This document shows, one piece after another, positions 16,222 through 25,681 of a DNA stretch of 32,000 nt. Below the pieces are notes generated by a model, which did not search any database, was not told the DNA's origin, and was given only the letters and a program-made list of their open reading frames with translations. The DNA is from an uncultured Chloroflexia bacterium (GTDB lineage: Bacteria > Chloroflexota > Ktedonobacteria > Ktedonobacterales > JADMIN01). A program made the position numbers and the translations under genes. The DNA is taken from contig CAVRAI010000003.1 in NCBI GenBank assembly GCA_963718915.1, positions 360,001 through 392,000 on the forward strand, written 5' to 3'. Every line of letters begins with the position of its first letter. Within the stretch, counting starts at the first letter, position 1.

Positions 16222-16907
16222 GATCGCTGCTCCTCGCGGGTATAGCGCGCGCGGAAGGCGTCGCGGCCACGGCTGAGTGTCATCTTGGCGGCGGCCAGCG
16301 TGATGCCCAGCGCCTCTGCCATCTCGGCGCACGAGAAGCCACACACCTCCCGCAGCACCAGCGCCGCCCGCTGTTGTGGCGGCAGCGCCAGCAGCGTCGC
16401 GCGTATCGCCTCGCTTTCCGCCAGTCGCCAGGCCGGATCGCTGATGGATGGCTCGTTGCCCATGGAGAATGGCTGGGCCGCGCCGACGGGAGCCGCCGCG
16501 CGTTTCTGGTGGGTCAGGGCGAGGTTGGTTGCCACACGAAAGAGCCAGCCACCGGGACGCTCATAGGTGGCGATACGGTCGAAGTGCTGCCAGGCGCGCA
16601 CAAAGGTCTCCTGGCTGAGGTCATACGCCGCCTGTTCATCGCCGGTCATGCGCCAGAGATAGCCGAAGATGTCGCGCTCATGCCGTCGGAAGAAAGCCTC
16701 GAAAGATGGAAGATCGCTGGTGTTGGCGTTGACGCTGGTATCGTCATCAGAAGGCGCGCTGGCGAGCGTGTGCTCAGACGCGCCCGTGATTTCAGTCAGG
16801 TTGGCGCTTCTCCGTAGCGCGCGCCCTATATCCGATATATCCCACCATGCGCCAGGCGTCCGCGAGCGACGGATTCTCCTCGCCGACCAACTGCCCGCGA
16901 TGACCAT
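16218..16907 (-). CDS. ECF (RpoE-like) RNA polymerase sigma-70 family factor
   Basis: Region 2 reads FRRHERDIFGYLWRMTGDEQAAYDLSQETFVRAW. Region 4 reads LPPQQRAALVLREVCGFSCAEMAEALGITLAAAKMTLSRGR. The start is uncertain because the N-terminal ~40 aa of the longest ORF look non-conserved. Confidence 0.85.
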   Translation of the reverse strand: MVIAGSWSARRIRRSRTPGAWWDISDIGRALRRSANLTEITGASEHTLASAPSDDDTSVNANTSDLPSFEAFFRRHERDIFGYLWRMTGDEQAAYDLSQETFVRAWQHFDRIATYERPGGWLFRVATNLALTHQKRAAAPVGAAQPFSMGNEPSISDPAWRLAESEAIRATLLALPPQQRAALVLREVCGFSCAEMAEALGITLAAAKMTLSRGRDAFRARYTREEQRS

Positions 16908-17138
16908 CTACTCGGCTTCCTTTCATCGAATTGTGTCTATCTCGATAGTGCATCGTGGTGTTGTGGCTGTACAGGCCTCTCACGTCACACACTATTGGAG
17001 CAGCACGAAAGTAACATCCTGTTTGGGCGTCTCAAACGTAACAACGACGGCGCGGGCCAATCGTGTACAATGGCAGCGCGCCAGTTTAGCAGCTCAGCAT
17101 CGTGGCTGGCCGTTTCTCTCGCTGGTTGGAGTGATGAG

Positions 17139-17741
17139 ATGCCCGCATTGTATCCTCTGCCTGTGACGCAGCCGTTCGCGGCGCTTCTCTCCGCGCTGGC
17201 GCTGGTGGTCTGCGCGGCGCCGGAGTGTGGTCGCCTGCTGACCCGGCGTCGCCGCGAGGGAGCCACAGCGGATGATCGGGGATCGCTAGCGCTGTTGCTG
17301 GCGTTGCTGGCGCTCAGCCTCATCTCGGCGGCGCTGGCGGCGTTGCTGCTGCCGGGCGCGGCGCTGATCCACGGGCGGACGGTCGTCTTTGGGCTGGGCA
17401 TTGCGCTGATTCTCGTCGGGACGGCGCTGCGAACCTATGCCATTCGTGTGCTGGGCCGCTACTTCGTCATTACGGTCGCCGTCGGCCCAGATCAGCAGGT
17501 GGTCGAGCGCGGGCCGTATCGCCTGATTCGCCATCCATCTTACACGGGCGTGCTGCTGTCGTTGCTTGGCTTCGGGCTGGTGTTGACCAACTGGGCCAGC
17601 CTCGCCGCTATAATCCTTTGTAACGCGGTGGGCTTCGGCTATCGCGTGATGGTGGAAGAGCGGGTGCTGGCGCGCGCGCTCGGCCAGCCATATATCACCT
17701 ATATGCGGCGGACGCGCCGATTGATACCCTACATCTTTTGA
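17139..17741 (+). CDS. Isoprenylcysteine carboxyl methyltransferase (ICMT)/phospholipid methyltransferase family membrane protein
   Basis: GPYRLIRHPSYTGVLLSLLGFGL...MVEERVLARALGQPYITYMRRTRRLIPYIF. I chose the ATG at 17139 (GGAG 7 nt upstream); the longest ORF begins at 16995. Confidence 0.8.
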   Translation: MPALYPLPVTQPFAALLSALALVVCAAPECGRLLTRRRREGATADDRGSLALLLALLALSLISAALAALLLPGAALIHGRTVVFGLGIALILVGTALRTYAIRVLGRYFVITVAVGPDQQVVERGPYRLIRHPSYTGVLLSLLGFGLVLTNWASLAAIILCNAVGFGYRVMVEERVLARALGQPYITYMRRTRRLIPYIF

Positions 17742-17750
17742 GAGTACGCA

Positions 17751-19730
17751 GTGCGGTACAGGGAGGTAGAAAAACCCGTGACCGAGCCGGTTGTAGCGCC
17801 CTATGGCGCGTGGAAATCGCCGCTGACGGCGGATGCGCTCTTGGCCAGCGCTCTTGGCCTGGACCAGCTTCAGCTCGACGGCGAGACAATCTACTGGACT
17901 GAGTTACGCCCCACTGATGGCGGACGCAGCGTGCTGGTGCGTCGCACCCCGGATGGCCAGATCGCCGATGTGACGTCCGCTCCATTCAACATTCGTACCC
18001 GCGTCCACGAATATGGCGGCGGCTCGTTTCTGGTGGCTGGTGGGGCCACCTACTTCTCCAACTTCGCCGACCAGCGCCTGTATCGCGTGACGGATGGCGG
18101 CGCGCCTGAGCCACTGACGCCCGACCTGCCCGGTGGTGTCTTGCGCTATGCCGACGCCACACTGGATGCGACGCGCAACCGGCTGATTGTGGTGCGCGAA
18201 GACCATCGCGAGTCAGGTCAGGAGGCGAAGAATACGCTGGTCGCGCTGGCGCTGGATGGCGAGAACGCGGACGGTGGGCGCGTGCTGGTTGCTGGTACGG
18301 ACTTCGTCTCGACGCCACGCCTCAGCCCCGACGGCTCGCGGCTTTCATGGCTGGCGTGGAACCACCCCAATATGCCCTGGGATGGCACGGCGCTCTGGGT
18401 GGCCGATGTCGCCGCCGATGGTTCGCTGGCGAATGCGCGCCAGGTGGCGGGCGGCAAGGACGAATCCATCTTCCAGCCAACCTGGTCGCCCGATGGCGAG
18501 CTGTACTTTGTCTCCGACCGCACCGGCTGGTGGAATCTCTATCGCTGGCGCAACGGACAGGCCGAGGCGCTGGCGCCAATGGAGGCGGAGTATGGCGCGC
18601 CGCAGTGGCGCTTTGCCATGGCAACCTACGCCTTTGCTGACGCCGGACATATCGTCTGCACCTGGCAGCAGGACGGCATAGTCCATCTTGGCTCGCTCGA
18701 CCTCGCGACGAGCGCGCTGACGCCCATCGAGACGCCCTATACACTGATTGCCCAGCCACAGGCGAGCGCCAGCCAGATTGTTTTCGTTGGCGCCTCACCG
18801 ACCCAGGCGGGCCAGATCGTGCGGATGGATACCACCACGGGCCAGCAGGAGACGCTACGCCAGTCCAGCACGCTGACACTGGATGACGCCTGGATTTCCG
18901 TGGGGAAAGAGATCGCGTTTCCGACGGAGAATGGGCTGACGGCCTACGGCTTCTATTACCCGCCGCGCAACCCCGACTGTGCCGCGCCGGAGGGTGAGCT
19001 GCCGCCGTTGCGTGTCCTGAGCCATGGCGGCCCCACGTCCCAGGTCTTCAATGGCTTCAACCCCAGTATCCTCTACTGGACGAGCCGCGGATTCGCCGTC
19101 CTCGACGTGAACTATGGCGGCAGCACCGGCTACGGGCGCGCCTATCGCGACCGCCTGAAGGGCCAGTGGGGCGTGGTGGATCTGGATGACTGCGTGAACG
19201 GCGCGCGCTATCTGGCGCAACAGGGGCTGGTGGACGGTAATAAACTGACGATCACCGGCGGCAGCGCGGGCGGCTACACAACGCTCTGCGCGGTCACTTT
19301 CCGCGATGCCTTCCGGGCGGGGGCCAGCCACTTCGGCGTCAGCGACCTGGGGGCGCTTGCCCGCGATACGCACAAGTTCGAGTCACGCTACCTCGACCAG
19401 ATGGTTGGCCCGTATCCCGAGCGAGAAGACCTCTACCAGGCGCGGTCGCCTATCTTCCATGTAGACCAGCTCCATACGCCGGTCATCTTCTTCCAGGGGC
19501 TGGAGGATCCGGTCGTGCCGCCGAACCAGGCGGTGACAATGGTGGAGGCGTTGCGCGCGAAGGGCGTGCCGGTGGCCTATCTCGCCTTCGAGGGCGAGAG
19601 CCACGGCTTCCGCCAGGCCGCGAATATCAAGCGTTCGCTGGAGGCGGAACTCGCCTTCTTCGGGCGCATCCTCGGCTATACCCCGGCGGACGAGATCGCG
19701 CCAGTGGAGATAGACAACCTGCCGGAGTAG
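17751..19730 (+). CDS. S9 family serine peptidase (prolyl oligopeptidase / acylaminoacyl-peptidase type) with an N-terminal beta-propeller
   Basis: Catalytic Ser in ITGGSAGGYTTL, Asp in FQGLEDPVVP and His in EGESHGF. The alternative GTG start at 17778 follows GGAGG. Confidence 0.9.
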   Translation: MRYREVEKPVTEPVVAPYGAWKSPLTADALLASALGLDQLQLDGETIYWTELRPTDGGRSVLVRRTPDGQIADVTSAPFNIRTRVHEYGGGSFLVAGGATYFSNFADQRLYRVTDGGAPEPLTPDLPGGVLRYADATLDATRNRLIVVREDHRESGQEAKNTLVALALDGENADGGRVLVAGTDFVSTPRLSPDGSRLSWLAWNHPNMPWDGTALWVADVAADGSLANARQVAGGKDESIFQPTWSPDGELYFVSDRTGWWNLYRWRNGQAEALAPMEAEYGAPQWRFAMATYAFADAGHIVCTWQQDGIVHLGSLDLATSALTPIETPYTLIAQPQASASQIVFVGASPTQAGQIVRMDTTTGQQETLRQSSTLTLDDAWISVGKEIAFPTENGLTAYGFYYPPRNPDCAAPEGELPPLRVLSHGGPTSQVFNGFNPSILYWTSRGFAVLDVNYGGSTGYGRAYRDRLKGQWGVVDLDDCVNGARYLAQQGLVDGNKLTITGGSAGGYTTLCAVTFRDAFRAGASHFGVSDLGALARDTHKFESRYLDQMVGPYPEREDLYQARSPIFHVDQLHTPVIFFQGLEDPVVPPNQAVTMVEALRAKGVPVAYLAFEGESHGFRQAANIKRSLEAELAFFGRILGYTPADEIAPVEIDNLPE

Positions 19731-20022
19731 ATCGCGCCGGAGCCTGTCAGTACTCGGAGCCGGTGAGTGGGCCAGGAGAGGTCTTCCTGACTGTGCGCTA
19801 GACGTTTGTGGCTTGCGCCTACATGCGTAAGTCCCAGACGGTCAGGCCGCTACTCAGATCAGGAAGCAAAAGGTGTTTTTGCACAAGTGGCGTGGTGATC
19901 AGTGCGCACTTTGGAGCAGTGCCCTTGACTTCGATGTGCGCACCGCAATTGTCCGACGACATACGCTTATATTTCACTACAACACGAGGCTATCTGAACC
20001 ATTGTCACGCCAAGCGCTGTCT

Positions 20023-21036
20023 CTATCGGAAGAACTGTCTTACCATATCGGGGTGTGTCACCAGATAAAGAATGACACTGCCTATTGCGCCTGGAATTGC
20101 GAAGGCGGCGCCAAGCGCTCCTGATGACATACCATCGCTCGCGCGCCGCAGTGCGACAATGAGGTAGTATCCGAGTACACAAGCCGGAATGAAGAAGAGC
20201 GCAACAACTCCAGATGTCTTGACAGTGTAGATTGTAAAGGCCAATATAGCCAGGAGGTCAGCGATGTTCAGCGGGGCACTAACTATTCCCGTAATTACCG
20301 CAGCGGTTATGTAGGGTGCGCTGCGTCTCCCCACTTCTTCACGAGCTGCCTGCGCGCCTTTGGAAATAGCAGCCTGGCGGTCATGTGCGGATAACGATGA
20401 GAATGCGGGCTTTTTATTCATAAGCTCCGCGAAGTGCGATTCCGCATCCCCCATTTCTTCACGCATGCCATCAACGTATCCTCTTGAGAATCCATTGATG
20501 TAAGCCAGTGCTGTTTGAAGTAATGCAAGTACCACAATAACTATGAATGGGACACCGTGCGTAAACCATCCAAAGAGTTTCGCGGTTGATCCGATGATTA
20601 CATCTAGAAAGATTATTTGAAGCACAAACATGGCTGGATACGCGAGCACGATACTTAGTCCACTCACCTCTGTGTCATTGGAATTTGCTAGCAAGGTAGA
20701 CCAGCGTCCCCGAAACAAGATGGGAAGAGAAAGCACAATGATTCCCACGCATATCCCGATTATCTCTGAAATCGAAAGGCCACTGAATGGTAGTGGCAGT
20801 GGTGATGCGAGCGATTGGAAGAGCAGACCATTGGTTGCCACATCAAACAAATAAAAGAGTCCAGCAGCAATCGCAGCGGCGGGAATAGCGACTAGTACAG
20901 AGCTATAGAATCCTTTTGGCCGAGCCAGTGCAGGGAAACGACCAAGGACTTTTGAACCGAACAAAAACGAAAACGCGAGTAGGATGTACGCCAGGCCCTT
21001 GAGTATATTCGCATGTGCGAAGATCCAGGCTGCCAT
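20023..21036 (-). CDS. Hypothetical polytopic membrane protein in a visibly lower-GC islet
   Basis: The ATG at 21036 (MAAWIFAHANILKG...) has GGAGGG 5 nt upstream; the longest ORF begins at 21075. There are about 8 hydrophobic helices and a charged loop (DGMREEMGDAESHFAELMNKK). I recognise no family. Confidence 0.7.
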   Translation of the reverse strand: MAAWIFAHANILKGLAYILLAFSFLFGSKVLGRFPALARPKGFYSSVLVAIPAAAIAAGLFYLFDVATNGLLFQSLASPLPLPFSGLSISEIIGICVGIIVLSLPILFRGRWSTLLANSNDTEVSGLSIVLAYPAMFVLQIIFLDVIIGSTAKLFGWFTHGVPFIVIVVLALLQTALAYINGFSRGYVDGMREEMGDAESHFAELMNKKPAFSSLSAHDRQAAISKGAQAAREEVGRRSAPYITAAVITGIVSAPLNIADLLAILAFTIYTVKTSGVVALFFIPACVLGYYLIVALRRASDGMSSGALGAAFAIPGAIGSVILYLVTHPDMVRQFFR

Positions 21037-21316
21037 GATGCCCCTCCAAATAGTGCATGTCATCCAAACGATCATGTTCCGGGGAAATTTAGAGCATGCT
21101 ATGCTCCAACGCGGGGGTATGCGGGTGAAGATAAAACCATGTCTCGCCTGTAGTGCTGCTACGTGCCCGTCGTTCTACAAGTCCTCTCCATAGAGTGATG
21201 AGAGTGACGAGTGGAAAAACAATATCACAAGACGACAAGATTGTCAAACAAGTGGTTATCAGGCTTACACTGGTTTCGTTCGGGACGTTGTTGCTGGGAA
21301 CGGCGCGCCTTATCCG

Positions 21317-21340
21317 GATGTAGTTTTACAAAATAGGAGG
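21317..21340. repeat. Solo copy of the MITE terminal motif GATGTAGTTTTACAAAATAGGAGG
   Basis: It matches 7083-7106 (gatgcaggtttacaaaataggagg) at 22/24 positions, and also matches the reverse complement of 7432-7446. Confidence 0.7.
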
Positions 21341-21405
21341 AACAGCCGCCGACCGCTATGGGCCGATATTAGACCGAACACCGAGTGGAGTGGCGTGATG
21401 AGCAG

Positions 21406-21427
21406 GCCGTAGCGTTTACGCTACGGC
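21406..21427. repeat. REP-like hairpin GCCGTAGCG-ttta-CGCTACGGC
   Basis: 9-bp perfect stem. The core is the same sequence as at 6042-6065. Confidence 0.8.
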
Positions 21428-21568
21428 GAATGGGCGGATGAGCCGCTCGCACCAGGAAATTCGCTGGCGGCCTTCGGCGCGCCCAGCCCAGCACCCAATG
21501 TGTGGAGGTAATGCTAAACATTCATTAACCGCCAGCAATCGCGGCTGCTCCACCGCATTTGCTCATTC

Positions 21569-21590
21569 GCCGTAGCATTTACGCTACGGC
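21569..21590. repeat. REP-like hairpin GCCGTAGC-atttac-GCTACGGC
   Basis: 8-bp stem. The left flank ctcattcgccgtagca is also present at 7066-7081. Confidence 0.75.
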
Positions 21591-21637
21591 CCGCACCCAA
21601 AGCTGCCGACCACTATTGGCCGATGGTTAACATGTCC

Positions 21638-23329
21638 TCATCCCACGAGCACCTGGATGGCGTGGTAGCCCGACGCGCCATCGGGGAGTGGTGGCGCGCC
21701 CGCGGCAATCTGCACGTTGCCGTCCAGGTCAACCGCGCGCACCGCCAGGATGTGCGAGCCAGACGTTGGCTGCCACTGATACTGCCAGAGCACCCATGTC
21801 AGCGCGCCGAGCGGACGCCGTAGCGTCGCGGGTTGCCATGTCGCCCCGGAGTCGGTGCTGACATCCACCCGGCTGATGCCACGATCAGCGGCAAAAGCCA
21901 CGCCCGCGATCCAGGTGGACTTGTTGCTCGCCAGCACTGCGCCATCGCTGGGCAGGTCGATGCGCGAGGTCATCTTGACCTTCGCCTCAGGGGTCCAGCC
22001 GCGCGTTTCCCAGTAGCCCATATAATCGCCAGAGCTGACCTGCAGCGAGGTGAGCCATTTGCCGTTCTTCATGCCGTAGAGGCCGGGAATCAGCATCCGC
22101 GCGGGGTAGCCATGCGCCTGGGGCAGCGGCGCGCCGTTGATCTCGTAGACGATCAGTGAGAGCGGGTCCATCGCCTGACTCAGATGCAGGCGGTCGCTAT
22201 AGTCGTCGGCGGCGCGAAAGATCAGCTCATTGGCGCCGGTCTGTATGCCAGCGTAGTCGAGGAGATCGGCCAGCCGTGTCCCACGGAAGAGCGCGTTGCT
22301 CATCAGGTCGCCACCGACCTCATTGCTGATGCATTCGAGCGTGTGATAGCGCTCGACCACTGGCAGCGCCTTCAACTGGTCGTAGGTGAGCGTGACAGGA
22401 TTGTTGACGTTGCCGCCGATGGTCAGCTTCCAGGTCTTGCCATCAACTTGCGGGTCGCCAACGAGGTTCTTGGAAACGTAATAGAAGTCTTTGGTCGGTG
22501 TGACCTCAGCGGTTTGCCCGCTCAGCGAGGTCCACGGGCCATAGTTGGGCTTCGGCGGAGGGACGATCCGCTGAGGCGTCTCATCCACGTTGAGTGGTGG
22601 GCGGCGGGTCAGGTTGATGCCCAGACTGGACGAGATAAACTGCCACGCCAGCGCCGCGCCCGCCGCGATCACCACCACCGTCAGCCCGCGATTGAGCAGT
22701 CGCCGCCGCGAGAGTTGCATCGCCGCCGCAGCGTCCGCCATCGTCTCGCCTGGCTGTGGCTGGATCAGCAGGGTTGCTCGCAGCAGCCAGATGAACGCCA
22801 GCGCGAAGACGACATCGGGCAGCAGTTGCGTCAGCAGCGTCCCGATGATGCCCTCGGCGAATCCCGCGCCAAAGAAGCCGCCACCCACCAGTGGCGCGAA
22901 AATGCCCGCCGTCACCAGCCAGAGCAGCAACACGATCAGCGGGATCTCGGCATAGCCAGGAACCGCGCTCGTAAGTGAATGGCGCTCGGCTCGCCCCATC
23001 CGATGCAGCACGGCGCCACGCAGCGCGCAATAGAGCAGACCGCCTGCCGCCGCAATGACGCCCGCGCCAATGAGCGTGATGCCGAAGAAGAGATGTTTCG
23101 CGCTGGGGCCAAGCGTGCCGACGAGCCAGGAGAAGACGGAGAGCGGGACGAAGCGTATCAGCGCCTCGGCGAAGACCTCCGCGGGAGTCGTGATCTGCAG
23201 GATGAATCGCGCCAGCAACGCCGCGCCCACAGCCAGCGCCGCCGCGATCAACGCCTGACGCCACGCGGCCCGCAACAGATTATCCGCTCCGCCTGCCGCC
23301 TTTGAGGCGGCCTGGGTTGTCTGAGCCAT
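21638..23329 (-). CDS. Molybdopterin-dependent oxidoreductase (sulfite-oxidase family) with an N-terminal multi-TM membrane domain
   Basis: The N-terminal ~230 aa are hydrophobic. The catalytic domain reads YHTLECISNEVGGDLMSNALFRGTRLADLL...GAPLPQAHGYPARMLIPGLYGMKNGKWLTSLQV, and a Moco-dimerisation-like C-terminus follows. Confidence 0.9.
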   Translation of the reverse strand: MAQTTQAASKAAGGADNLLRAAWRQALIAAALAVGAALLARFILQITTPAEVFAEALIRFVPLSVFSWLVGTLGPSAKHLFFGITLIGAGVIAAAGGLLYCALRGAVLHRMGRAERHSLTSAVPGYAEIPLIVLLLWLVTAGIFAPLVGGGFFGAGFAEGIIGTLLTQLLPDVVFALAFIWLLRATLLIQPQPGETMADAAAAMQLSRRRLLNRGLTVVVIAAGAALAWQFISSSLGINLTRRPPLNVDETPQRIVPPPKPNYGPWTSLSGQTAEVTPTKDFYYVSKNLVGDPQVDGKTWKLTIGGNVNNPVTLTYDQLKALPVVERYHTLECISNEVGGDLMSNALFRGTRLADLLDYAGIQTGANELIFRAADDYSDRLHLSQAMDPLSLIVYEINGAPLPQAHGYPARMLIPGLYGMKNGKWLTSLQVSSGDYMGYWETRGWTPEAKVKMTSRIDLPSDGAVLASNKSTWIAGVAFAADRGISRVDVSTDSGATWQPATLRRPLGALTWVLWQYQWQPTSGSHILAVRAVDLDGNVQIAAGAPPLPDGASGYHAIQVLVG

Positions 23330-24071
23330 ATTGAACTACTCCCGCATCTATTTCTCGATTTGGTAGGCGATGTGTCTGAGTGATAGCTCTTGCGCAAATA
23401 GTACGGCGCTCGCCGCAATCGCGCCAGATGACTCTTTATCGCCGCCTCTCTGGCACATGGATTGCAAAGCTTATCCGAAAAGAATACGCGCGCAGGTTGC
23501 GGATACTGGCGTTGTGATGAGGAACGATGCGTTTGGATGGGAAGAACGGAACGGTAAGATCGGCGTTTGAGCATGCGCCACAGAACGTGCCACAGCAATC
23601 GCCCCTGCCACGACGACCGCGCAACCCACCGCGACCGTACCATCGACGGCGACCATGATGTCGCAATTCACCCCCGACGCGGGGCAACCGCCAGCGCCAT
23701 AACACAAACATGCCTCGGCCGTTTGCGCAAACCATCCCACGACGATATCCTTTGTTGTGCCGGGCTGTCGGCGAAATATTAGTATTACAGTTGCATTTGT
23801 CGGAACTGCCCCAATTTTTCAGACTTTGTGGCAAACGAGCGATATTTCCTGTTCTGATGGTCAAACCGCTGAATTTCTGCGTTGCCGACAATGCAAACAA
23901 GAGGCATTCCGCTATCTGCAACTGTAATATTAGAGCGTGTTTGGGAAATGCTTTGCGGTAGCCTCGTGCATCAAGAAGAGCAAGGTAGAAGAAGTTTTTC
24001 TGACCACGTCGTGCTATGGTGGGAATGCTTGCGGTTGACATGCGCCATCATGAGAGAAAGGTCAGCAAACG

Positions 24072-24638
24072 ATGAGAAAAGTGGTCGGCGGTTTATTTAC
24101 ATCCCTTGATGGCGTCGTCGAGGCAGAGATCCTCCCACAACCCCAGGCAGAAGAGTGGACTCCATTTTATGCGGATATGCAGGACTTCATGGTGGAAGCG
24201 ATCAACGAGCAGGATGCCGTCCTGCTCGGGCGTGGGACATATCAGGCATGGGCGGCTTTCTGGCCCACCGCGCCCGCCGAACTCCCCTTTACTCGCTTCA
24301 TTAACCCGGTCTCCAAGTACGTGGTTTCAACCACCTTGAGCAACGTCGAGGCATGGCAACCCACAACGGTACTCACGGGAGATATTCCCCAAACAATCGC
24401 GCAATTGAAGCAGCAACCTGGGAAGAACATTGGCGTCCATGGCAGTCTGACCCTCATTCGCTCCCTGCTCGAATGGGATCTGTTGGATGAGCTCAATCTG
24501 GGTGTTATCCCCATTTTGCTGGGTGGGGGAAGGCGTCTGCTCAACGATGGAGATAGCCTCAAAAGATTGCAACTCGTCAGTGCCAAATCCACCAAAACGG
24601 GAGGTCTGCTCCTCACCTACCAACTAGCTCGGCCCTAG
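24072..24638 (+). CDS. Dihydrofolate reductase-like / RibD C-terminal domain family protein
   Basis: MRKVVGGLFTSLDGVVE...VLLGRGTYQAWAAFWP...KYVVSTTL...IGVHGSLTLIRSLLEWDLLDELNLGVIPILLGGGRRLL. Confidence 0.85.
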   Translation: MRKVVGGLFTSLDGVVEAEILPQPQAEEWTPFYADMQDFMVEAINEQDAVLLGRGTYQAWAAFWPTAPAELPFTRFINPVSKYVVSTTLSNVEAWQPTTVLTGDIPQTIAQLKQQPGKNIGVHGSLTLIRSLLEWDLLDELNLGVIPILLGGGRRLLNDGDSLKRLQLVSAKSTKTGGLLLTYQLARP

Positions 24639-24732
24639 CAACGCGAAAAGGATCACTCTATGACCTCTTCTCTGAATTTTCCCAAACACGCTCTTAATTG
24701 GTTCATAAATAGAAAAACTGGGAGAAGTCACT

Positions 24733-25200
24733 GTGGCAACGCTCCATTTAATGGTGGGACTTCCCTGTTCGGGAAAAACGACACGTGCAAAAAAACTTGA
24801 GCGTGAACAATTTGCCCTTCGACTGACACCTGATGAATGGCATATACATCTGTTTGGTCAAGATGCTGAGGAGCTGGAACATGACGCCAGGCACAGTCTC
24901 ATTGAGATGATGCTTTGGAACATAGCCAGTAGAGCGCTTGAATTGGGAATGAACGTAATACTCGATTTCGGTTTTTGGGCGCGCGAGGAACGGGAGGACT
25001 ATCGCTCTCGAGCGAAGGAACTTGGGGCCAGTAGCGAAGTACACTTTCTTGATGTGCCGACAGATGAGTTGATGCACCGGCTTACGGCAAGAAATTCGCA
25101 GTCTTCGCCAGCAAGTTTCTCTATCCCCGAAGAAATGATGAAGCCATGGATTGCCTTCTTTCAAAGGCCAACGCCCGACGAGCTTGAGCGCCGAGATTAA
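24733..25200 (+). CDS. Small P-loop kinase/ATPase (AAA_33 / zeta-toxin-like fold)
   Basis: Walker A GLPCSGKTT at the N-terminus. The start is GTG with GGAG 8 nt upstream. The gene encodes 155 aa in lower-GC sequence. Confidence 0.8.
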   Translation: MATLHLMVGLPCSGKTTRAKKLEREQFALRLTPDEWHIHLFGQDAEELEHDARHSLIEMMLWNIASRALELGMNVILDFGFWAREEREDYRSRAKELGASSEVHFLDVPTDELMHRLTARNSQSSPASFSIPEEMMKPWIAFFQRPTPDELERRD

Positions 25201-25255
25201 AAAGACCACACATCTTGGTAGCCAACTGTTCGGTCTTGAGCGTGTTTTGAGAGAA

Positions 25256-25630
25256 TCAACAACCTCGCCCAAGACGAGCGCGCAGCAAGCGAATCATCGC
25301 CACCTCGATCAGCGTTTCGCTGGTCTGGACCTTGCGTTCGTAGTCTTTGCTCATTTGGGGATTCCGGGAGAGCCATCCAAACATCCGCTCGACGACCCAT
25401 CGTTTCGGTTGCACCCGAAAGCCACGTATCCCCGCCGTTCGCTCCACGACCCGCGGATCCCAATTCCCCCTGTGCTTTGCACCACTTGGCGAGTTCCTGG
25501 CCACGCTACGCTGCATCCGCCAAATATGCTTCAGACGAGGAACGAAGTATTTCAGCCCCGCTAGCGGTCGACGTGCTCCTTGCGCGTCGTACATGTCGGT
25601 GGGCGTAACATACACGGAGAGGGGTCGCAA
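25256..25630 (-). pseudogene. Decayed C-terminal remnant of an IS5/IS4-superfamily (DDE_Tnp_1) transposase
   Basis: FRVQPKRWVVERMFGWLSRNPQMSKDYERKVQTSETLIEVAMIRLLRARL is the typical IS5-family C-terminus. Upstream, the conserved ADAAYRGQELAKWC block is in another frame and carries an in-frame TAG where Tyr is expected (YLADAA*RGQELAKWCKAQG). The N-terminal two thirds of the transposase are absent. Confidence 0.75.
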
Positions 25631-25681
25631 TTAGTTCTTAATTCTGTTGTATTTTATCCTGTTTCGTGGTATTTTCTGAGC

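Noticed and set aside
21833-23305. ORFs 22184..22978 +, 22581..23264 -, 22590..22955 + and 22979..23305 + inside the molybdoenzyme gene
   Set aside because: They are low-complexity Arg/Ala/Gly-rich alternative-frame translations. The 563-aa frame has the diagnostic Moco-binding motifs.
23330-23480. Moco riboswitch in the leader of the molybdoenzyme gene
   Set aside because: The functional context is attractive, but I could not recognise the conserved Moco-motif core by eye. This needs an Infernal scan, so it is not reported as a feature.
23436-24041. 201-aa minus-strand ORF spanning the 740-bp gap
   Set aside because: It crosses an abrupt GC shift, its C-terminal half is an Arg/Gly-rich shadow of the GC-rich core, and it has no RBS or motifs. 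It is probably not a gene.
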